A stretch of 64,000 nucleotides of DNA from positions 197,645 through 261,644 of the forward strand of contig JAZDOK010000100.1 of assembly GCA_043798715.1 (NCBI GenBank). Reading direction: 5' to 3'. This DNA comes from a bacterium. GTDB lineage: Bacteria > Vulcanimicrobiota > JAZDOK01. The position numbers and the translations under genes were made by a program. Shown piece by piece: positions 55,387 to 64,000 of this stretch (the first letter of the stretch is position 1; every line of letters starts with the position of its first letter). Under the pieces are notes generated by a model. The model was not told the DNA's origin, did not search any database, and saw nothing but the letters and a program-made list of their open reading frames with translations.

Positions 55387-55998
55387 ATGAAAAAAAATAT
55401 TTTAACAGCAGGATCCCTGCTACTCTTGATGACTCTCCTGACGGGCCTCCTTTATCCCCTGGCTGTTACGGGTCTGGCCGCGCTCCTTTTTCCCCGGCAG
55501 GCCGCGGGGTGCCTGCTCTCCTTCAAGGGACAGCCGGTCGGCTCCGCCCTCATCGGCCAGAACTTTAAAAATCCCGCCTTCTTCCACGGCCGCCCCTCGG
55601 CGGCCGGAAGAGAGGGCTATGACGGCACTTCCTCCTCCGGCTCCAACCTCGGCCCGACAAATCGGAATTTGATCGATACTATCCGGAAGGCGGCGGAGGC
55701 GCTGCGGGTGGAGAACGCCCTTTCCGCAGATGCTCCGGTCCCGTCCGATCTCGTGACGGCATCCGGAAGCGGCCTCGACCCGGACATCACCCCCGAGAGC
55801 GCTTTCCTTCAGGTCAGCCGCGTGGCCCGTAGCCGGCAGCTTCCGGAGGAGCAGGTAAGGGAGTTCGTTCTGAAGGCCATTCGAAGGCCTCAACTTGGTA
55901 TCCTGGGAGAGAGGCGGGTGAACGTCCTTGAGCTGAACCTGGAATTGGAAAAATATTCCATAATCCATATAAGGGGGACTTTGAATGAATCTCAATAA
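55387..55998 (+). CDS. kdpC: K+-transporting ATPase subunit C
   Basis: 203 aa KdpC with an N-terminal TM. Confidence 0.85.
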   Translation: MKKNILTAGSLLLLMTLLTGLLYPLAVTGLAALLFPRQAAGCLLSFKGQPVGSALIGQNFKNPAFFHGRPSAAGREGYDGTSSSGSNLGPTNRNLIDTIRKAAEALRVENALSADAPVPSDLVTASGSGLDPDITPESAFLQVSRVARSRQLPEEQVREFVLKAIRRPQLGILGERRVNVLELNLELEKYSIIHIRGTLNESQ

Positions 55999-56099
55999 AT
56001 TTTTTCTTAGCTTTGAAGGGAAAAACCCTCATGCGGCAAAGTAAGTGCGAAGAGAAATAGCCAATCGGCCTGACAGACGGCAATAAAGGAGGAACTCAC

Positions 56100-57308
56100 A
56101 TGACTTTCGATTCCGGCAATACTGGTTTTATGCTCGTGGCCACCAGTCTCGTCATGTTGATGACACCGGGGCTGGCCTTCTTCTACGGGGGGCTCGTGGG
56201 CAGGAAAAACGTTTTGACCATTATGCTCCAGAGCTTTGTTTCCATGGGCTGGACCTCGGTTATATGGTTCGTCTGCGGTTATTCCCTGTGTTTTTCAGGT
56301 GGAGAAGGGGGGATAATCGGAAACCTGGATAAAGCCTTCCTTCACGGCATCACGCCGATGGACGTCCTTGCTGGCAACAACATCCCTCTCCTGGTCTTTG
56401 TCGCTTACCAGATGATGTTCGCCATCATCACACCGGCCCTGATAACGGGTGCTTTTGCAAACAGGGTCAGGTTTAACGCCTATATGATATTTCTCACGGT
56501 GTGGCTGCTCTTTGTCTATTTCCCCTTTGTTCACATGATCTGGGGAGGCGGGCTTCTGCAGAAATGGGGAGTTCTTGACTTCGCAGGCGGAATCGTGGTG
56601 CACGCCATTGCAGGTATGGCGGCTCTGGCATCGGTATTCTTCGTGGGAAAACGAAAAGTGCTGGAGCGGGGGGCCCACAGCATTCCGCTGGTTGCCCTCG
56701 GAACGGGTCTTCTCTGGTTCGGCTGGTACGGGTTCAATGCGGGAAGCGAACTTCGAGTGGACCATATAACCTCCCTCGCATTCCTCAACACGGATACCGC
56801 AGCTTCTTTTGCGGCCATCGCCTGGTTGATCATGGCCTGGATCTTCGAAAAGAAGCCCAAGTTCCTCGGCCTTCTCACCGGTTCCATCGCCGGCCTGGCC
56901 ACCATCACACCCGCGGCGGGCTACGTATCCGTCCAGGTAGCGGTGCTGATAGGGATTGTCTCCGGAGTGGTCTGTTATGGTGCGATTACCTTGAAGAACA
57001 AACTGGGCTGGGACGACGCGCTCGACGTGTGGGGAGTTCACGGCGTGGGTGGAATCCTCGGCGTTATCATGCTGGGCCTCTTCGCCAGCACTCAAATCAA
57101 TCCGGCGGGGGCAAACGGCCTTGTTTTCGGAGGCACCTCCTTTTTCTTCAAGCAGCTTGTCTCGGTCATCGGCGCCTCTATTTATGCTTTCCTGTTCTCC
57201 TACATCGCTCTTGCCCTCATCGACAAGATAACCCCGGTGAGGGTGACCAAAGAGGAAGAGGCCATGGGTCTTGATGAAGCGCTTCACGGAGAAGAGGCCT
57301 ATATTTAA
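56100..57308 (+). CDS. amt: Ammonium transporter (Amt family)
   Basis: 402 aa, 11 TM, with the Amt N-terminal consensus MLMTPGLAFFYGG. Confidence 0.85.
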   Translation: MTFDSGNTGFMLVATSLVMLMTPGLAFFYGGLVGRKNVLTIMLQSFVSMGWTSVIWFVCGYSLCFSGGEGGIIGNLDKAFLHGITPMDVLAGNNIPLLVFVAYQMMFAIITPALITGAFANRVRFNAYMIFLTVWLLFVYFPFVHMIWGGGLLQKWGVLDFAGGIVVHAIAGMAALASVFFVGKRKVLERGAHSIPLVALGTGLLWFGWYGFNAGSELRVDHITSLAFLNTDTAASFAAIAWLIMAWIFEKKPKFLGLLTGSIAGLATITPAAGYVSVQVAVLIGIVSGVVCYGAITLKNKLGWDDALDVWGVHGVGGILGVIMLGLFASTQINPAGANGLVFGGTSFFFKQLVSVIGASIYAFLFSYIALALIDKITPVRVTKEEEAMGLDEALHGEEAYI

Positions 57309-57400
57309 GATTAATTTTTGTATTACGGGTAAGCCGGATGGTTTGATTGGCTGTTTGCTGAAAATCACCGGGCTTATCCCCATTTAATGGAGGGGACTCG

Positions 57401-58492
57401 ATGAATTTCAGAAGGATGGTCTTACTGGCGCTCCTTAGCTTCCTTCTTCTCGGCGATTGCGCCAGGGCCCAGGAGGATCCCGAGAAGTGCTCCCAGAGAG
57501 GGCAGGTGGAATTCAAGTATTATCTTCAGGGGAGCTACGAGGCAAACTCAAATAACCCCCAGTCAGGGAGAAACGATTTCAGGGCCTTTGACATGAAAGC
57601 GAATTTCCTCAGCTTCGACTTGGCGCAAATTGTTCTCTCCCATGAAGCCCAGCCGAGCAGTTTCGGCTTCAGACTCAAACTGTCAGGCGGGGAGTATGCA
57701 AAGCTGATCCACGCCAGGAGCCTGGGAAATCCTGATGAATCTTTCGATCTGACGGAAGCTTTCGTGGTTTACGCATTTCAGGGGAAGAAAGGCCCGAAGA
57801 TGGCCGCCGGCAAGATGCTGACCTTTGTAGGCGCCGAAGTTCTCGAGGCCGTTGATGACCCAAATTTCTCCAGATCCCTTCTCTATACTTACGCCGAACC
57901 CCTCACCCAGACGGGTGTGAGATTGGGATATGACTTTTCAGACAAGCTCTCCGGAACCGCCTACATCATAAACGGATGGGACAATTTCGCCGATAACAAT
58001 TCCGCGAAAACTCTTGGTTTATGCATCGGGTACAACCCGAGCGAAAAAGCCGGAATGTGCTTCAATTTCCTGAGCGGCCCTGAAAGGGACAACAATGAGA
58101 TCGACAACCGTTTCCTTTTTGATTGGGTGGGAACTTTTAAACCGGCGAAGAACCTGACTTTTCTTCTCAACTACGACATCGGCACCGAAAAAAATGCCAC
58201 CACCACCGGGAGCGATGCGAAATGGGAGGGCTATTCGATCATCGGGAAATATGATTTCTCCGACCGTTTCAACCTTGCCATAAGAGGTGAAGATTTCCAC
58301 GATTATGACGGTTTCAGGAGCGGAACCCCCCAGACTTTGAGGGAGCTTACCTTTTCGGCGACGATGAAGATGGGAAAGCACGTCTATCTGAGACCGGAAT
58401 ACAGATATGACTGGTCCGACGCAAAAGCTTTCAATAACGGCGCGGCCAATAATCAGAGCACCGTCGGGCTCGGATTAATGCTGGCCTGGTGA
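57401..58492 (+). CDS. Putative outer-membrane beta-barrel porin
   Basis: Signal peptide, alternating amphipathic beta strands, and a C-terminal aromatic residue (…MLAW). Confidence 0.55.
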   Translation: MNFRRMVLLALLSFLLLGDCARAQEDPEKCSQRGQVEFKYYLQGSYEANSNNPQSGRNDFRAFDMKANFLSFDLAQIVLSHEAQPSSFGFRLKLSGGEYAKLIHARSLGNPDESFDLTEAFVVYAFQGKKGPKMAAGKMLTFVGAEVLEAVDDPNFSRSLLYTYAEPLTQTGVRLGYDFSDKLSGTAYIINGWDNFADNNSAKTLGLCIGYNPSEKAGMCFNFLSGPERDNNEIDNRFLFDWVGTFKPAKNLTFLLNYDIGTEKNATTTGSDAKWEGYSIIGKYDFSDRFNLAIRGEDFHDYDGFRSGTPQTLRELTFSATMKMGKHVYLRPEYRYDWSDAKAFNNGAANNQSTVGLGLMLAW

Positions 58493-58498
58493 GGCGAT

Positions 58499-61207
58499 AT
58501 GGACCGAAACGGAACAGGTGAAAACAGGCGGCCGAATCCGGACGACCTGCTCGCCCAGACGAAAAAGGAAACCCGGGGACGCCTCACGATATTCCTCGGG
58601 GCCGCGGCCGGCGTGGGAAAGACCTTCGCCATGCTGGAGGCCGCCCACGAGCGTATAAACGAGGGGGTGGACCTGGTCGTCGGCTGGGTCGAGACCCATG
58701 GAAGGCCGGAGACCGGGGCACTTCTAGAGGGACTGCCTGCCGTCCCTCTGAAAAGCCTGGAATACCGCGATCATACTTATCATGAAATGGATTTGGACGC
58801 TCTGCTGACGCGCCGACCCGCCCTCGCCCTGGTGGACGAACTGGCCCACACCAACATCACGGGCTCCCGCCACGTGCGGCGTTTTCAGGATGTCGAAGAA
58901 CTTCTGGAACAGGGCATCAGCGTCTATACTACCGTCAATATCCAGCATATCGAGAGCCTCAACGACATCGTCGCGCAGATCACAGGAGTCAGGGTGCGGG
59001 AGACCGTTCCCGACCGCTTCATTGAGGAAGCCGATCAGATTCACCTCATTGACGTTCCACCCGAAGATCTGATCCAGCGCCTGAATGAGGGAAAGGTCTA
59101 TGTCCCCGAGCAGGCGCAGCAGGCTCTCCGGAAATTCTTCCGTCCCGGCAACATAAACGCTCTTCGGGAGCTGGCTCTTCGTTTTACGGCCCAGCGCGTG
59201 GATCATGAAATGGATCAGTACATGCGGGTTCATGCCATCGAGGGCCCCTGGCCGGCGGGGGAACGGATCATGGCCTGCATAAGCTCCAGCCCCTTTTCCG
59301 CTCACGTCATTCGAACCGCCCGGCGCATGGCCGCCGGACTCAAAGCGGAATGGCTGGTGGCCTACGTAGAAACACCGGACTTATTGAGGGATGACGAAGT
59401 CCGCCGGGAGCAACTCACTCAGAATCTTCGCCTGGCCGAGGAGCTGGGAGCCGAGATCGTGCGGCTTTCGGGAGAGGACGTCGCGGAGGAACTCCTGGCC
59501 CTCTCCCGCCACCGGAACGTCACCCAGATCGTCATCGGGAAGCCTCTTCACTCCAATCTTTGGGAAATCTGGAACCGCTCACCGGTGGACAAGATCATTC
59601 GCGGCAGCCACGGGATAAGCGTTCACGTCATCTCAGGCAAACCGAAAATTAAAAACGGCCGAAGTCCGGCTCCGGCGGCGCGCTCCCGGCGCTCTCCCAT
59701 TAAATCCTATATCTGGACCATCGCCATGGTCTTCCTGGCGACCCTGATCAATCACCTTCACTCCGACCCCGTCAACATCGTTCTCCTCTATCTTTTGCCC
59801 GTCATCCTAAGCGCCACGTTTCTTGGACGCGGGCCCTCCCTCCTGGCTTCCGTCCTGGGACTCCTCTTCTTTGATTTCTTTTTCATCCCCCCGTTCCTGA
59901 GTTTTTCCGTTGCCGACCTCCGTTACTTCGTCAGCCTCGCTGTTTTCCTTGTTGTTTCTCTGACGACGAGCAGTTTGGCCGCAAAGTTGAGAGACCAGGT
60001 GGAGATGGCCCGGCAGCGGGAATTGCGGATCTCCGCTCTCTACGGCCTTAGTCGCAAGATCGCAGTGGAAACGGATCTGGAAGGCGTTCTAAAAAAAGCA
60101 GCCGAATCCGTTGCTGAAACGATTGACGGGAAAGCCCTGATCTTCGCCCCGGATGAAACGGGAAAACTCAAGACCTACACCGCGGATCCGGCCCTGGAAT
60201 CGGTTTTTAACGAGAACGAATGGGCCGTGGCCCGGTGGGTCTTCGAGCACGGTCAACTGGCCGGCCGGGGAACCGACACCTTCCGGGGGGTGGAATGGCT
60301 ATACCTTCCCCTCATGGCGGACGAGAAGTGCGTGGGCGTGCTTGGAGTCCGCCCGAAATACTTCGAACAGCACTTGTCCCCGGAACAACACCGCCTGCTG
60401 GAAGCCTTTGCGAATCTCACGGCTCTGGCCCTGGTCCGCCTGACACTCTCCCAGGAGGCCCAGCACAGCCGCAACCTGGAGCAGTCGGAAAAACTCCGCA
60501 CGGCCCTCTTTAACTCAATCTCCCACGAATTGCGAACCCCCCTGGCTTTCATCCAGGGCGCCGTCACCAGCCTGCTGGACGACAGGACTTCCTACAGCCG
60601 GGAAGATTCTCAGGCTTTTCTCCAGACCATCAAGGAGGGTACTCTTCGGATGAACCGGCTGGTGGAAAATCTTCTGGACATGGCCCGCCTGGAGAGCGGC
60701 GCGCTTCGCCTCAAGTGGGAGTGGTGCGACATCGAAGAGCTCGTGGGCGTGGCTCTTAGAAGACTCCGGGATTCTCTGAAAGATCGTCCCCTTAAGATCC
60801 AGATTGAGCAGGGCCTGCCTCTTGTCAAGGCGGACTTGACTCTGATCGAGCAGGTTCTGGTCAATATTTTGGATAATGCCGCCAAACATTCGCCGCCCGG
60901 GAGCAAAATTTCAATCTACTCACGCCGGGAAGGTGATTCTCTCAGAGTCGCTATCGCCGATCAGGGTCCCGGTATCCCTGAGGCCGATCGGGAAAGAATT
61001 TTCGATAAGTTTTACCGGGTCTATTCTCCGCACCAGGTGAGTGGAACCGGGCTTGGACTCTCCATCTGCAAGGGGATCGTCGAGGCCCACGGAGGGAGAA
61101 TCTGGGTGGAAACACGCCCGGGGGGAGGAAGCGTCTTCGTCTTCACCCTCCCTTTAAATGAGAGCCCCCCTCCCGGAGTCCCGAACGGAAAGGAGTCCGG
61201 CCTATGA
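58499..61207 (+). CDS. kdpD: Sensor histidine kinase KdpD
   Basis: 902 aa with an N-terminal KdpD/Usp domain (GAAAGVGKT), 4 TM, GAF-like, HisKA and HATPase domains. Confidence 0.9.
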   Translation: MDRNGTGENRRPNPDDLLAQTKKETRGRLTIFLGAAAGVGKTFAMLEAAHERINEGVDLVVGWVETHGRPETGALLEGLPAVPLKSLEYRDHTYHEMDLDALLTRRPALALVDELAHTNITGSRHVRRFQDVEELLEQGISVYTTVNIQHIESLNDIVAQITGVRVRETVPDRFIEEADQIHLIDVPPEDLIQRLNEGKVYVPEQAQQALRKFFRPGNINALRELALRFTAQRVDHEMDQYMRVHAIEGPWPAGERIMACISSSPFSAHVIRTARRMAAGLKAEWLVAYVETPDLLRDDEVRREQLTQNLRLAEELGAEIVRLSGEDVAEELLALSRHRNVTQIVIGKPLHSNLWEIWNRSPVDKIIRGSHGISVHVISGKPKIKNGRSPAPAARSRRSPIKSYIWTIAMVFLATLINHLHSDPVNIVLLYLLPVILSATFLGRGPSLLASVLGLLFFDFFFIPPFLSFSVADLRYFVSLAVFLVVSLTTSSLAAKLRDQVEMARQRELRISALYGLSRKIAVETDLEGVLKKAAESVAETIDGKALIFAPDETGKLKTYTADPALESVFNENEWAVARWVFEHGQLAGRGTDTFRGVEWLYLPLMADEKCVGVLGVRPKYFEQHLSPEQHRLLEAFANLTALALVRLTLSQEAQHSRNLEQSEKLRTALFNSISHELRTPLAFIQGAVTSLLDDRTSYSREDSQAFLQTIKEGTLRMNRLVENLLDMARLESGALRLKWEWCDIEELVGVALRRLRDSLKDRPLKIQIEQGLPLVKADLTLIEQVLVNILDNAAKHSPPGSKISIYSRREGDSLRVAIADQGPGIPEADRERIFDKFYRVYSPHQVSGTGLGLSICKGIVEAHGGRIWVETRPGGGSVFVFTLPLNESPPPGVPNGKESGL

Positions 61208-61929
61208 TACCTAAAGGAGCGCGAGTCCTGGTTATCGACGACGAACTTCCGATACGGCGCCTTTTGAAAGTGGCTCTATCAGCCCACGGCCTGGAAGTTG
61301 CGGACGCCGCCAACGGACAGGAGGGCCTGGAGCAGGCCATCCTTTTTCAACCCGATCTCGTTCTTCTGGACATGGGCCTGCCGGATCTTGATGGGCAGGA
61401 GGTCATCCGCCGCCTCCGGGAATGGACGAGCGTCCCGATTATCATTCTCTCCGTCCGCGAGGGCGAGAACGACAAGATCCAGGCGCTGGATTCAGGAGCG
61501 GATGACTATGTGACCAAGCCCTTCAGTATGGGGGAGGTGCTGGCCCGCCTGAGAGTCGCCCTCAGGCACGCGGCAAAAACCGAGGAAGAGCCCGTCCTGG
61601 TGGCGGGCGACCTTTCGATTGATCTGGCGCGCCGCCATGTCGAAGTTGGCGGGAGAGAAGTCCGTCTGACCCCTACCGAATACGGAATTTTGAAAAATCT
61701 GGCTCTCAACGCCGGGAAAATTTTGACCCACCGTCATCTCCTGGAGCTCATATGGGGGAAGGAATACGCTGAAGAGACACATTACCTGAGAGTTTACGTC
61801 CGCCAGTTGCGACGGAAAATCGAACCAGATCCGGCTCAGCCACGCTATATCCTGACCGAGCCCGGAGTCGGCTACCGTCTGGCGCTCAAGGATGAAGCGA
61901 ACACGGATCTGCCGTTTCCCAATCAATGA
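61204..61929 (+). CDS. kdpE: Response regulator KdpE (OmpR family)
   Basis: REC domain plus a winged-helix domain. It overlaps the kdpD stop. Confidence 0.85.
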   Translation: MIPKGARVLVIDDELPIRRLLKVALSAHGLEVADAANGQEGLEQAILFQPDLVLLDMGLPDLDGQEVIRRLREWTSVPIIILSVREGENDKIQALDSGADDYVTKPFSMGEVLARLRVALRHAAKTEEEPVLVAGDLSIDLARRHVEVGGREVRLTPTEYGILKNLALNAGKILTHRHLLELIWGKEYAEETHYLRVYVRQLRRKIEPDPAQPRYILTEPGVGYRLALKDEANTDLPFPNQ

Positions 61930-62075
61930 TTCCCATGAAAAAGGGCGGCAAGGTGCATATAGGTCAGAATAACCGAAATTATGAACAGAATGTTAACATT
62001 TTGAAATTATTTGCTACTCCGGCTTTTATTATGCTACAATAGGGCCAGAGTTCATACAGAGAAGGGAGACTGATA

Positions 62076-63449
62076 ATGGATATTAAGGCAACGAATGGAT
62101 ATCCGGAACCGATTGGTTCGAAAGTTGGAGCGTCCAGCGCTCCCGTAAAGAAGGAAACCCCAGCCGCAGAAGTCAAAGACAGCGTGGTGCTCGGCGGGAA
62201 AGTGGACGACGTCCAGGCAAAACCGCACAAGAAGTGGCTCTTCTTAAATTACGTCGCCGCCGACTGCAATCTGACCGAGTACCAGATGGGCAACCTCGAC
62301 CAGCAGGAGATGGTGGGCTCGGATAAAAACACCCATATCGCCGCCTTCATAGACATAGGGGATAAGAACAATTCCTTTGGAGAAAAATGGCAGGACTGCC
62401 GCCAGTACTACATCACCAAGGACAGCGAGCAGGGCAAGCTCAACTCGGAAGTGGTAAAGGAATACGGCCCCACCGACATGGCCAGCCCCAAGACCCTGAA
62501 AGATTTTCTGGTGGACGCAGTAAAACGCTATCCGGCGGACCATGTCGCTCTTATTCTCAACGATCACGGCGGCGGATTCACCGGCGCCATGTACGACGAC
62601 GGCTCCGGCGGCTTCATGACCGTGCCCAAGATCCGCCAGGCCATCGAGGATGCAGAAAAAATCACGGGCAAAAAGCTCGACATCATCGGGATGGACGCCT
62701 GCCTGATGGGCGAAACAGAGGTGGCCTACGAACTGAAAGACTCCGCAAAGTACCTTCTGGCCTCGGAGGAGAGCGAGGGCGGAGCCGGCTGGTCCTACGA
62801 TTCCATGCTGGGCGGCAAGACCCTGAGCACCTCCATCCAAAAACTCCAGAAGGCTTTAAAGAGCCGGATCGAAGTGGGCCCGGAGGAATTCTCCAAGATC
62901 GTCGTTGATGTAAACAGAAAGCACAGTGAAGATATTCCTACTTTCTCCGCCACCGATCTTTCCAAGATGAACATCCTTAAAGACTCGGTCAACACTCTGG
63001 CCGAAGCCATGCTGGCTTCCAAGGACAAGGCCAACATCCGCACCGCCATCTCCAAATCCGAAAATTACGGAAGCGGCTACACGCCGTACAAGGATCTCAG
63101 GGACGTGGTGGACATGGCCAACAAGATGATCGAAACGAGCAAGGACAAGGCAGTTAAAGAGGCCGCCAAGGCACTGATTGAATCATTAGGGACGGTTGTC
63201 CTGGCCAACGAAAACGATCCGAGCGCTCACCCCGAATCTCACGGCCTGAGTATCTATGCTCCCACCCGGGCCTCCGGTCAGCTTGGCTACGGATACAACG
63301 AGCTCAGCTTCCCCAAGGACACCAAGTGGGACGAGGCCATTCTCAGTCTCTCCAAGCCCTCTTCCGAGGGAGACGGCTCTCAGCCGGCCAAGCCGGTTGC
63401 GGATCGTCCGGACACCTGGCCGGATGGCACCCCGTTCCCGAAGAAATAA
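62076..63449 (+). CDS. Clostripain-like cysteine peptidase (C11 family)
   Basis: His-Cys dyad contexts LNDHGGGF and GMDACLMG. Confidence 0.7.
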   Translation: MDIKATNGYPEPIGSKVGASSAPVKKETPAAEVKDSVVLGGKVDDVQAKPHKKWLFLNYVAADCNLTEYQMGNLDQQEMVGSDKNTHIAAFIDIGDKNNSFGEKWQDCRQYYITKDSEQGKLNSEVVKEYGPTDMASPKTLKDFLVDAVKRYPADHVALILNDHGGGFTGAMYDDGSGGFMTVPKIRQAIEDAEKITGKKLDIIGMDACLMGETEVAYELKDSAKYLLASEESEGGAGWSYDSMLGGKTLSTSIQKLQKALKSRIEVGPEEFSKIVVDVNRKHSEDIPTFSATDLSKMNILKDSVNTLAEAMLASKDKANIRTAISKSENYGSGYTPYKDLRDVVDMANKMIETSKDKAVKEAAKALIESLGTVVLANENDPSAHPESHGLSIYAPTRASGQLGYGYNELSFPKDTKWDEAILSLSKPSSEGDGSQPAKPVADRPDTWPDGTPFPKK

Positions 63450-63472
63450 TAATTCAGAGCTTTTTCGATTTA

Positions 63473-63513
63473 AAAGCCAGCCCCGCCATCGGCGGGGCTG
63501 GCTTTGTGTTTTG
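63473..63513 (+). terminator. Rho-independent terminator
   Basis: aaagccagccccgcc-atcg-gcggggctggcttt followed by gtgttttggg. Confidence 0.65.
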
Positions 63514-63691
63514 GGCGTAGCAGTAGAGGCAGGCGTGGAGACACTCCTGCCGGTAAGAGCCGATATTCCGGGCCAAGATAGCAGGATATTGGCATCTGTC
63601 AAAAGAAAAAACGAAGCAGCGGTATAGCAGCAGTCTATTATGGTACACAATGTAAGCAAGCCGGGAAGAATTTGCGTGGAGGGAATTCAGG

Positions 63692-64000
63692 GTGCGTTCG
63701 AGGAAAGCGAAGTTCACGTTTCTTATTCTGATTCTGGCGATTCTTCTGGGGCTCGGCGCCTGGGCGGTAAGAGCGGCTCCGGCAAGCGACCGGAAGATCA
63801 TCACGAATTCAAAGGATGGCTCAGAGTTGATCTTGATTCCGGCAGGGGAATTTATCATGGGGGCTCCGGATGAAGAGGGATACGACAATGAGCACCCCCG
63901 GCACCGGGTAAATCTTTCCGCCTATTACATCGGGAAGTACGAAGTAACGAATAAGCAGTTTGCGAAATTTGTACAAGAGACGGGTTTCAATGCGCAAGGT
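63692..64000 (+). CDS. FGE-sulfatase (SUMF1/formylglycine-generating enzyme-like) domain protein, partial at window end
   Basis: GTG start after a GGAGGG RBS, a signal peptide, then ELILIPAGEFIMGAP...HPRHRVNLSAYYIGKYEVT, characteristic of the FGE-sulfatase domain. Confidence 0.6.
   Translation, partial: MRSRKAKFTFLILILAILLGLGAWAVRAAPASDRKIITNSKDGSELILIPAGEFIMGAPDEEGYDNEHPRHRVNLSAYYIGKYEVTNKQFAKFVQETGFNAQG

Noticed and set aside
63590-63640. TGGCAT…AAAAG segment resembling a sigma54 -24/-12 element upstream of the FGE-domain gene
   Set aside because: The GG-N10-GC spacing is not met.

Overview
This is a high-GC bacterial chromosomal segment of about 60 genes, mostly core metabolism, with short accessory islands. 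I cannot name the organism; the gene content is consistent with an anaerobic Desulfobacterota- or Nitrospirota-like lineage. The minus strand of 1.4-12.9 kb carries an 11-gene NADH:quinone oxidoreductase operon, nuoABCDHIJKLMN, with no nuoEFG. Its NuoI homologue carries a ~450-aa GltD-like (NAD(P)H/FAD/FeS) oxidoreductase module inserted between the NuoI N-terminus and its two ferredoxin motifs. A RAYT (REP-associated tyrosine transposase) gene sits next to the operon, flanked by perfect 22-bp inverted REP sequences, and a third REP-like palindrome lies in frame inside nuoN.

Other content, in order along the window:
- hypFCDE hydrogenase-maturation genes
- a vapBC toxin-antitoxin pair followed by a macro-domain protein
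- an envelope cluster: Ctp protease, CPBP protease, a Pro-rich bitopic protein, a transglutaminase-like/TPR protein and a TlpA-like protein
- DJ-1, class-III aminotransferase, ribF and a response-regulator-GGDEF gene
- a SPOR protein, a GalT-like protein, glgA and malic enzyme
- a MATE exporter and an orphan xanthine-dehydrogenase-family Mo subunit
- an initiator tRNA-fMet with a near-consensus promoter
- a 4-gene ABC-2 exporter lying divergent to an AmmeMemoRadiSam locus (radical SAM enzyme plus a fused Memo-AMMECR1 protein, each with an N-terminal hydrophobic leader)
- a membrane-fused spermidine-synthase-like protein
- a kdpFABC ... kdpDE locus with an ammonium transporter and a porin inserted between kdpC and kdpD
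- a C11 peptidase and a partial FGE-sulfatase-domain protein

I found no CRISPR array and no rRNA. All calls come from reading the translations and the DNA; no database searches were run.
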